Positions 42,927-50,858 of a stretch of 64,000 bases of DNA are shown here, piece after piece. The stretch's first letter is position 1; every line of letters starts with the position of its first letter. The notes under the pieces were generated by a model. The model was not told the DNA's origin and did not search any database. It saw nothing but the letters and a program-made list of their open reading frames with translations. This DNA is from Thiotrichales bacterium (GTDB lineage Bacteria; Pseudomonadota; Gammaproteobacteria; HK1): contig JAPOSC010000044.1 in NCBI GenBank assembly GCA_026709935.1, forward strand, positions 1,911 to 65,910. The letters are read 5' to 3'. The position numbers and the translations under genes are program-made.

Positions 42927-42954
42927 CCTGCCGTGCCGGCGCGGGGGCGGTCGC

Positions 42955-43656
42955 GTGTTCCGCTCCCGGGAACGGCCCGTCGCCGCGGTGCCGCAGGCGG
43001 TGCGGTGGATGCTGGCGGCGGCGCTCGCGCTCCAGATCGGCTGGCACGCCTGGCGGCCGGACCCACGGGCCGAAGCGTCGCCCCTCGGGCCGGTCCCCAC
43101 CGCCCCGGCGTTGCAGGTCGCGGCGCTGGGCGACCGGGCGGCCTTCGCCCGGCTGCTCATGCTCCGGCTGCTGATCCACGACCGCCAGCCGGGGGCGAGC
43201 ATCCCGTTCATGCGCCTCGACTACGCACGAGTCGCGGGATGGCTCGATGCGATCATCGATTTCGACCCCCGGCACGACGCGCCCCTGCTCGCGGCGGCGA
43301 GACTGTACGGGTCGGTGTCCGATCCGGTCCGGCAACGCACGATGTTCGCGCTCGTCCACCGGCGGTTCCTGGAAGACCCGGCCCGACGCTGGCCGTGGCT
43401 CGCGCATGCAGCGGTGATGGCGAAACACCGGCTCGGAGACCCGCGCCTCGCCCTGCGCTATGCCCGGGCGGTGACCGAACACGCGATCGGTCCGAACGTA
43501 CCGGCCTGGGTCCGGGACATGAGCGTGCTGATCGCGGCGGACCTCGGCGAGCTGGAGACCGCCCGGATCATCATCGGCGGCCTGCTCCACAGCGGAAGGG
43601 TCCGGGACCCGCACGAGATCCGGTTCCTCGGCGCGCGGCTCGCGGAGATCGAATGA
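42955..43656 (+). CDS. Pilus-associated hypothetical protein (PilG/XapA-like)
   Basis: N-terminal TM, then DYARVAGWLDAIIDFDPR helical region; follows the ABC-2 permease. Confidence 0.65.
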   Translation: MFRSRERPVAAVPQAVRWMLAAALALQIGWHAWRPDPRAEASPLGPVPTAPALQVAALGDRAAFARLLMLRLLIHDRQPGASIPFMRLDYARVAGWLDAIIDFDPRHDAPLLAAARLYGSVSDPVRQRTMFALVHRRFLEDPARRWPWLAHAAVMAKHRLGDPRLALRYARAVTEHAIGPNVPAWVRDMSVLIAADLGELETARIIIGGLLHSGRVRDPHEIRFLGARLAEIE

Positions 43657-43680
43657 CCCTGCGCGCGTTTTTGCGGCTCG

Positions 43681-43855
43681 AGCCTGCATTTCTTGCCGAG
43701 TTGCGAGTGAAGGCGTGGAGATGACCGCTTAGGCAAGGCGAACGCGAAACAACCCACTCAGGCATACCCGTAGGTACGGAGCGAGCTTGCGAAGCAGGCG
43801 GCATGCCTGAGTCAGATCCGCGTCCGCAGCCGTGAACTGGTTGGAAATGCAGGCT
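43681..43855. mobile_element. MITE-like element
   Basis: 12-bp terminal IR agcctgcatttc/gaaatgcaggct; internal IR actcaggcat (43756)/atgcctgagt (43803); no ORF. Confidence 0.5.
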
Positions 43856-44446
43856 TGGGCCGGTGCAGTAAATGGGCCGGTTTGAGGGAACACCGACCGC
43901 CGCGAGGAGCTGCCTCGTGTCCCCGCTCATGTCGTCGGGAGTGGATGCACTTCCGGCGGCATGGCACGCAAGTGCCTGTAGATGCTCGAAAAAGAGCAAT
44001 TCGGGGAGCAGCGAAGAACGGCGCGGGAGTCAGGTACAGTGGGTGTGACTGCATGTAACCCGACGCGCGGTCAGGAAAAACCCACACACGAGCGGGAGGA
44101 AGGATACTGCTTCGGGTGTGTTGTCAAATATCCTTAAACGACATTGATATCTTGAAAGCGACATTCTTGCTGGCGGACTTTTCTGCCATTCGGCACGGGC
44201 ACTCGTTCGGGAATGTGCGATTTTTTTCCTTTATTTACAACTGCTTGGCTCAGCGTCCAGAAGGGCGCGGAGCACCTGCGAGGCTGTGATCGGCCGTCGC
44301 AGTGAAGCGTCCGGCCGAGATTCGCCCATCGTCCCTTTCACCCTCTGAATTCGCCCCCTGCCGGCACATCGATGGTGACCGGCTCGGGACGCATTTCCCC
44401 CTCTGGGTAACACCTGGGGACACGCGGGTAACAAACGCGGCGGCTT

Positions 44447-44497
44447 GATTAGAGTCGGATGCGAAGCATTCGCATCTGCGTTGGTTGGGCTCTAATC
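44447..44497. repeat. Small nested inverted repeat
   Basis: gattagagtc...atgcgaa gca ttcgcat...ggctctaatc. Confidence 0.55.
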
Positions 44498-44865
44498 CTC
44501 TGTTTTATCTCGTTATTCGTCTCCGGCCCCTGGCCCTGAACGGGTATCTCCATGGCCTCGGGGACACGCCACCCCCCAATCACACCCACAGTACCTGACC
44601 GATCCGGCGGGGTCGGTCATCAAAACGCCGGGTGGATTCGCACTCCACGGCCAGCGACACACACACGCGCAGGGGGTCTGTACAGCCCTACTGCTTCAAC
44701 GCTTGGGAAACAGGCAGAGGCCGAGATGCGGGGCCGACGCCGATGCGTAGCGGGGGGGCCATGGCGGAGTCACGGGGCGGCGGGGTGCGCCGGCCCGTCA
44801 CATGTCCCTCCGAGATGGTCGCCGCCGACCGGGCGGTGAATCTTCAATGCACAACGGAGCGCAAC

Positions 44866-47403
44866 ATGATGAAAGCACGAACGAGCCTATGGGCGAGCCT
44901 GGCCATCGTGGCCAGCCTCGGCCTCGCCGGATGCGGCGGGTCGAGCGATAACGATGATCCGGCACCAACGCCGCCTAAAGTCACTACCCTGCCAGCCGAT
45001 CACGGCCTTATCGATGGGCGGGATACTACGATCGAGGCTGGTGGAACCCTGAAGACGTCTACTGGGACGCTGGCATGCCCTGAAGACGGCATGGATTGCA
45101 TGATCAAGGTCGTCGCGGAACTCGATGGTAGCTTTACGGCTACCTCGACGGGTGGTGAAGCCACGTTTACGGCGGATGAGCCCCCGACGCCTCCCAAGAC
45201 TGTCGCCGAGATGCAGATGGAGACCTTCGACAATGCGAAGGCTGCCATCGAAGCGGCGGCGACTGAGGCTGCGGCCCAAGCAGCCTATGACACGGTTGAC
45301 AAGGACGACATCACCGCCAAGCAGGCTGATGATTTGCAGACTGCGCTCAGCACGCGGATCGGTGAGATTCAAGCAGCGGCGCTGAAGCCTTTTAATGACG
45401 CGAAGGCCGCCATTGAAGGGGCTGCTACCGAGGATGCAGCGCAGGCGGCTTATGACGCCGTTGATCAGGATGCCATCACCGGGAAGCAGGCTGCTGATTT
45501 GGCTGCCGCACTCAGTATGAAGATCAGTATGCTTCAGAAGGACGGGCGGATTGTCACTCAGAAAGCAGAACTAGCGCGTCTCTCTGGCTTGATCGACACG
45601 TCCGACCTGTCGGATCAGGATAAGGTAGATGCCGCCAGACTAGCAATCACCGCTCTTCAGACTGCGCTGGATTCCGGCTCGCCTGATCTGACCGAGGAAG
45701 ATAAGGCTCAGTACGTAACTCAGTTGGGCAACGCCAATACAGCCGTCACGGCAGCGCAGGGTGGGATTGACCGGGATACTCGTCGGACGACTCAGATGGC
45801 GGATCTCGGGACTGCCGGTACCAATCTCCAAGCTGCGCTCGATGCGTTTGCCGGGAAGACGGCTACGAAGGATCAGCTTGATGATGCGAAGGCGGCTCGT
45901 ACCGCTCTGAAAGCTAAACTCGACGACGCCAAGGATCTGAGCGACGCCGAGAAGGCTCAGTACCAGTCTGCGTATAACAGTGCAGCGGGTACGATTGCCT
46001 CTGCGGAAACGGCCTTTAATACGGCTGAGACCAAGAGGATAACTGAGGAGACGGAAGCGACGGAAGAAATGGCCGAGGCCCTATACAGTGCAATCAAACC
46101 ACGCGGTGGCGCTACGTCCTTCAATTTCGGGACAACAGAAATAACTGCCTCAACGGATGTTAGCGAAGCCCAGAGCCTCGATGCTGGATACGGTGACGGC
46201 ACCACAGATGATGCGGCGGAGAACCAAACCAAGATCCTTATTGCTATCGATACCGATGACACTCCATCCGCCACTAACCCAGAAGTCTTCACGCTTTCAG
46301 AAGATAAGAAGACGACGGTCGCTTCCATCGGGGATTGGACGGGTAAGAGGTTCTATGCCCAAGAAGAGAGCGGGGATAAGCGCCTCCATGAGGCATTCGT
46401 CTACTCCTATGTCGGAGCACCTACGCCAGGCGATAAGTTCAGTACCGTCTATGGACTAGGAAGTGAAGAGGACAATTACGAGTTGGAGGCTGCGGAAGCG
46501 GACGGCGATAGCGATGGCGGTAGTGATGCATTTATCCCAGAGAGAGTGACGATTCCGAGCGTTACGCGGACGGCTGGTGATTATACGTTCGAAAAAGCGA
46601 GGGATCGTGATAGTGACATTGAAGTGCCGGGTAGTTATCACGGCGTAGCTGGCGTCTATGTTTGTTTGCCAACCAATGATGCCGGTACCTGTTCAGCCTC
46701 GGTCACGGGAGCTGGACTCGTGCTTGGTACGACTGATCAAACATGGACATTCGAAGTTAGCAACCGGGACGCAAAGGTTTCAGATAAATCCGATACTTCC
46801 TACGCCTCATTTGGTTGGTGGATAGAGAAAGACTCGGATGGCGACCCTAGCACTGTAAGCGTATTCGAGGATTTCAGAGGAACTGTCGGAACTGGCCTCA
46901 CTTCAACCGTCTTCAATGGCTTAGGGGGTACGGCAACCTACAATGGAGGCGCTGTTGGCAAGTACGCACTCAGGAGTTCTACGGGTGGCAAGAACGAATC
47001 TGGTCACTTCGTGGCAACCGCAATACTTGAGGCGGATTTTGGTACTGCTGGCGCTAGTGGTACCGCAGGCGATATTTCAGGCACCATCGACAATTTCAAG
47101 ATCGGTGACGCTGGAGAGGATCGAGACTGGTCTATCGCTCTTAAAGAATCTGACTTTGACTCCTCTACAGCAAATGTTGTTACTGCGGGCGAGTCTGATG
47201 ATGGAACGATTTGGACTATGGGCAGTGGAGACGACGTAAACGCAGCCAATGCGTCAGGTGGGTGGCAGATGAATCTCCGCAACAATACTAATAACGGCGA
47301 CGGTAACGTTCCCGAAGTCGCAACCGGAACGTTCTCCTCTGAGTTCGGTTCAGAGGGCAGTATGGTCGGTGCCTTCGGTGCGAGCTTAGAGAAGGCTCAG
47401 TAA
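44866..47403 (+). CDS. Large surface lipoprotein with TbpB-like C-terminal beta-barrel
   Basis: Lipobox LAG|C; two 55-aa helical repeats; C-terminal GTATYNGGAVG...ISGTIDNF...ATGTFSSEF...MVGAFGA; lower GC than flanks. Confidence 0.75.
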   Translation: MMKARTSLWASLAIVASLGLAGCGGSSDNDDPAPTPPKVTTLPADHGLIDGRDTTIEAGGTLKTSTGTLACPEDGMDCMIKVVAELDGSFTATSTGGEATFTADEPPTPPKTVAEMQMETFDNAKAAIEAAATEAAAQAAYDTVDKDDITAKQADDLQTALSTRIGEIQAAALKPFNDAKAAIEGAATEDAAQAAYDAVDQDAITGKQAADLAAALSMKISMLQKDGRIVTQKAELARLSGLIDTSDLSDQDKVDAARLAITALQTALDSGSPDLTEEDKAQYVTQLGNANTAVTAAQGGIDRDTRRTTQMADLGTAGTNLQAALDAFAGKTATKDQLDDAKAARTALKAKLDDAKDLSDAEKAQYQSAYNSAAGTIASAETAFNTAETKRITEETEATEEMAEALYSAIKPRGGATSFNFGTTEITASTDVSEAQSLDAGYGDGTTDDAAENQTKILIAIDTDDTPSATNPEVFTLSEDKKTTVASIGDWTGKRFYAQEESGDKRLHEAFVYSYVGAPTPGDKFSTVYGLGSEEDNYELEAAEADGDSDGGSDAFIPERVTIPSVTRTAGDYTFEKARDRDSDIEVPGSYHGVAGVYVCLPTNDAGTCSASVTGAGLVLGTTDQTWTFEVSNRDAKVSDKSDTSYASFGWWIEKDSDGDPSTVSVFEDFRGTVGTGLTSTVFNGLGGTATYNGGAVGKYALRSSTGGKNESGHFVATAILEADFGTAGASGTAGDISGTIDNFKIGDAGEDRDWSIALKESDFDSSTANVVTAGESDDGTIWTMGSGDDVNAANASGGWQMNLRNNTNNGDGNVPEVATGTFSSEFGSEGSMVGAFGASLEKAQ

Positions 47404-47418
47404 GCATCACTAGCACAA

Positions 47419-47449
47419 GGGGCGCTCTACCCGGAGCGCCCCATTTCTT
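47419..47449 (+). terminator. Rho-independent terminator
   Basis: ggggcgctc-tacccg-gagcgcccc followed by atttctt, just after the lipoprotein stop. Confidence 0.75.
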
Positions 47450-47481
47450 CCCTCTAGGAATCGTTCAGGAGCAAATGACCA

Positions 47482-47715
47482 ATGGCCACCGAGCGATTCC
47501 TGCACATGCGGCTCTCCCGCGAGGATTGCGCGACTCTTGATGCGCTAGTAGACCGGGTGAACCGCGAGGCAGGGCTGAGAGGGAAGAAACTTCCCCGTGT
47601 CGGGAAGTCTCGGGACTATCACAGTCAGGACTATCACAGCCAGAGTGACGTGGTGCGACTGGCGATCGCGGAAGCGTTGTTGAGGCGGTGCGAGGAGCAG
47701 CATCAAGCTGCCTAG
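47482..47715 (+). CDS. Ribbon-helix-helix (CopG-like) small DNA-binding protein
   Basis: Alternating beta strand FLHMRLS, helix EDCATLDALV, second helix SQSDVVRLAIAEAL. Confidence 0.55.
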   Translation: MATERFLHMRLSREDCATLDALVDRVNREAGLRGKKLPRVGKSRDYHSQDYHSQSDVVRLAIAEALLRRCEEQHQAA

Positions 47716-48190
47716 CAGTACACGACCCCGCCAGGGGCGCAGGACACGTAGGACAGACGATTTACGGAGAGGGTGGCGGCGTCGCCTCATAAGGATTCGT
47801 CGCCTCACCAGGATTCAGAGTCTTTCGAGGGCGCTCCCGGCGTCGTCATCCTCTCCACCTTCACCGCGTAGTGAGCCGCTCAGGGAGCGGTGTCGGTGTC
47901 TCGCGGGGATGTCTCAGATGGTCCCCCCGGGACGACTCCGACCGGCACCGCTCCCCCTTCTGTCTCGCCGTTGCGATGGTATCAGGCCCCATGGGAGAGG
48001 CGTCATCATGACTGACATCTGTTGGTGATTGCACCGGCCCCGGCGTGTCTCCCATCACGTCGGGGCCACCTCTACCTCTCCCCCGCACGCCATCTCTCCC
48101 ACACCCGCCATGACCCGCAATCGAGTGCGGTGATACCGCGTTCAACGCCGCGAAAACGTAGAACGCTCGCAAGGCAAACGTTGGTTCGAT

Positions 48191-48229
48191 CAGAGCCGCG
48201 TCCGCAGTCGTAGGCTGGTGAGAAATGCA
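48191..48229 (+). repeat. Direct repeat of 43813-43851
   Basis: 32/39 identical by manual alignment. Confidence 0.75.
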
Positions 48230-48497
48230 CCTCCAGGCCCCGGGACCGGTGCTCCGGCGGCCTACAAGCCCCGGGGCGATCGCCTACGTACGACGGCCTC
48301 CGGTTCGGATTCGCCGCTCGATTCGCGCAGATAGCATCGTGAACCGTGCCGGTGCGGAGACTCCACCGATTTGGGCTTTACGAAGCGCTCGGCGGGCGTC
48401 ACGGGGATTCGACGCAGTCCGCGCACCGCACGAGTGGTCGGTCTCCGGCAGGGGAGGCCGGTCTCCACCCGTCGCAACCTTTGGAGGTGCTTCGAAC

Positions 48498-49214
48498 ATG
48501 CCGCGCAGACAACACGGATTCACCCTCGTCGAAATCGCCATCGTGCTGGTGGTGGTCGGACTGCTTCTCGGCGGGATCCTCAAGGGCCAGGATCTCGTCA
48601 ACGGCGCCCGGGTCCGCAACCTCGCGGACATGAACGCCGGGGTGCAGGCCGCCTACTACGGGTTCGTCGACCGCTACCGGCAGGTTCCCGGCGACATGAC
48701 CGCTGCGGCCGTCGCCTCGGCCGTCGGCGACGCCTCCATCACCGTGGGCGGTGATGCGAACGGCAGTATCGATCCGGCCGACTGGGAGGAGGCGTCGGCG
48801 GCGTGGGTGCATCTCACGAGAGCCGGTCTGCTCCAGGGCAGCTACGACGGCGGGGCCACGAGTGCGACGCGGTACCGCGCCGCCACCGTGGCGCCCCAGA
48901 ACGCCTTCAATGGCTACATGCTGCTCGGCCGGACCCGGGATTACTCGACCACCGCCGGTGCTCCGACCGCGACTCGGGCGCCGCGGCTTGGGCTCGTCCT
49001 CGGAGACAACATCCCGGTCGATATCGCCCGTGAGCTCGACTTGAAGATCGACGACCAGCGTCCGTTGACTGGCGCACTCCGATTCACCGGGACGACCACC
49101 GTCTCGCACCGCGGCGTGAGCGAGGCGACAACGACATGCATGACCAGCGCAACCACCAACGAGTACGACATCGCGGGCGACGCGCAGCAATGCAATCTCG
49201 TCTATCTCTACTGA
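48498..49214 (+). CDS. Type IV prepilin, candidate major pilin
   Basis: ggagg RBS; RRQHG|FTLVEIAIVLVVVG; DLKIDD motif; C-terminal Cys pair. Confidence 0.88.
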   Translation: MPRRQHGFTLVEIAIVLVVVGLLLGGILKGQDLVNGARVRNLADMNAGVQAAYYGFVDRYRQVPGDMTAAAVASAVGDASITVGGDANGSIDPADWEEASAAWVHLTRAGLLQGSYDGGATSATRYRAATVAPQNAFNGYMLLGRTRDYSTTAGAPTATRAPRLGLVLGDNIPVDIARELDLKIDDQRPLTGALRFTGTTTVSHRGVSEATTTCMTSATTNEYDIAGDAQQCNLVYLY

Positions 49215-49341
49215 GCCCATGGGCCCGTGCCATGGGTAAGTGGCGGTCCGCGCGTATCGGCGACGCGGGCCGTCACGCCATGACGCGCGAGGGTTCGCCA
49301 TGGCGTGGAGGGCATGGCCCGAAATTTCACCGATTCGCGAA

Positions 49342-49406
49342 CCAGTGAGAAATGCGCATCAAGGCGTATGTGAAGGAGACGAGCATTGGGCCGCATTTCT
49401 CACCGG
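49342..49406. repeat. 15-bp inverted repeat (ccagtgagaaatgcg / cgcatttctcaccgg)
   Basis: 14/15 complementary; shares gtgagaaatgc with 48219-48229; immediately preceded by a reverse copy of the dispersed element (49318-49343). Confidence 0.7.
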
Positions 49407-49635
49407 CCCTCGAACCGGAGCCATTCAAGCCTGAGCGGTTCTCCGAGCCCTCCGAAAACTGGCGAAATTTCCGGTCTGCTGTCTCGCTTCGACTCCTGAA
49501 TGCTCGGGAAAGCTCGTGCATACAGGTCGCAGACCCCGGGCAGAATTTCAAAGTGAGATGCTTTCAGGAGAAGGGGAGAGGGGGGTGCCGCCACGGGCGG
49601 AGATTCCCTACAATCGTAACCAGGAGAACAATCCG

Positions 49636-49911
49636 ATGAACACCACCAGCTTCGACACCCTCGACGCGATGCGGCGACTCGAACAGGCGGGCATGGACAG
49701 GGCTCAGGCGGAAGCGACCGTGGAGACGATGCGCGACGCTCAGACCGCGCTCGCGACGAAAGCCGACTTGTTCGAGACGAAAGCCGAGTTGAAAGCCGAC
49801 TTGCTCGAGCTGCGCGCGGATCTCTACCGGGCATTGTGGATTCAGGGTGCGGGAATCGTTGCGATCAACAGCGCGTTCATCGTGACCGCCGCCGCTCTCG
49901 GACTCATCTGA
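49636..49911 (+). CDS. CCDC90/DUF1640-like head-neck-stalk-anchor protein
   Basis: FDTL..MRRLEQAGM..AQAEA head, LATKADL neck, heptads, C-terminal TM; aggag RBS. Confidence 0.75.
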   Translation: MNTTSFDTLDAMRRLEQAGMDRAQAEATVETMRDAQTALATKADLFETKAELKADLLELRADLYRALWIQGAGIVAINSAFIVTAAALGLI

Positions 49912-50020
49912 CCCTTCGTCGCCCGCAAGGCGTGCATCGCCCGAAGTGGATCGCCGGGTGTCCTGCGCGGATGCCATGCGACCGCCGTCGCGCTCGGACT
50001 CATCTGACCCCTCCCCGCCC

Positions 50021-50785
50021 GTGAGGCACACACCGCCCGAGGCGGAACGTCCGGGGGCTCGCACGGACGCCATCGGGTTTTCCGCCGTGACCAGGCGGCA
50101 CGGACGCCGTCCGGTAGTGGTCGATCTCTCGTTCGAGGTTCGGGCGGGCGAGATCTTCGGCCTCGTCGGGACCAATGGCGCTGGCAAGACCACCTGCATC
50201 AAGTGCCTGCTCGACCTGTGTCACCTCGACGCGGGCCGGATCCATATCTTCGGCCGGTCCGCGACCGCGCCGGAATCGCGTCGTTCGCTTGCCTACCTGC
50301 CCGAGCGCTTCGTGCCCCCGCGTCACCTCCTCGGGCGGGAGTTCCTGCATTTGATGTCGAGGCTGCACGCAGTGGACCCGGGCCTGGACTCGACCCGGGG
50401 CCGGCAGCGCGAGGTGCTCGCCGCCCTGGACCTGGCGCCGTCCGCTCTGGACGAGCCGGTCCGCCACTACTCGAAGGGCATGGCGCAGAAGCTCGGGCTC
50501 GCGGCCTGCCTGCTCGCCGAGAAGCCTCTGCTCGTGCTCGACGAACCGATGAGCGGCCTCGACCCCAAGGCGCGGGTGCTCGCAAGGCGCTATCTCCGCC
50601 GCTTGCGCGACGGCGGCGCGACGGTGTTCCTCAGCACCCACTTGCTCGCAGACACCGGCGATCTCTGCGACCGCCTGGGAGTGCTCCACGACGGCGCGAT
50701 GCGGTTCGTCGGATCTCCGGCCTGCCTGCGCGAACGCTTTCCCGCCGCCACCCTCGAGGAATCCTGGATCGCCTGCGTCTCGTGA
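50021..50785 (+). CDS. ABC exporter ATP-binding protein (PilH/XapB-like)
   Basis: GTNGAGKT, YSKGMAQK, LDEPMSGLDP and STH motifs; start uncertain. Confidence 0.88.
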   Translation: MRHTPPEAERPGARTDAIGFSAVTRRHGRRPVVVDLSFEVRAGEIFGLVGTNGAGKTTCIKCLLDLCHLDAGRIHIFGRSATAPESRRSLAYLPERFVPPRHLLGREFLHLMSRLHAVDPGLDSTRGRQREVLAALDLAPSALDEPVRHYSKGMAQKLGLAACLLAEKPLLVLDEPMSGLDPKARVLARRYLRRLRDGGATVFLSTHLLADTGDLCDRLGVLHDGAMRFVGSPACLRERFPAATLEESWIACVS

Positions 50786-50858
50786 CGCGCCGTTGTTCCC
50801 GTGCATCCCCGTGGGCTATAAGGCGCGGGACCCTACGTCGTTCATCCGGAAAGCGGCC

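Noticed and set aside
40591-42954. Long N-terminal extensions of ORFs 40591 and 42661
   Set aside because: The prepilin leader begins at 40885; the 42661 extension merely reads through the in-frame 72-bp repeats
48168-48230. c-di-GMP-I riboswitch upstream of the pilin (ggcaaac)
   Set aside because: Lacks the GAAA tetraloop and GACGCAAAG core; better explained as the decayed repeat of 43734-43851
48360-48497. Sigma-54 promoter before the major pilin
   Set aside because: Only weak GG-N10-GC matches; no TGGCAC-N5-TTGC consensus
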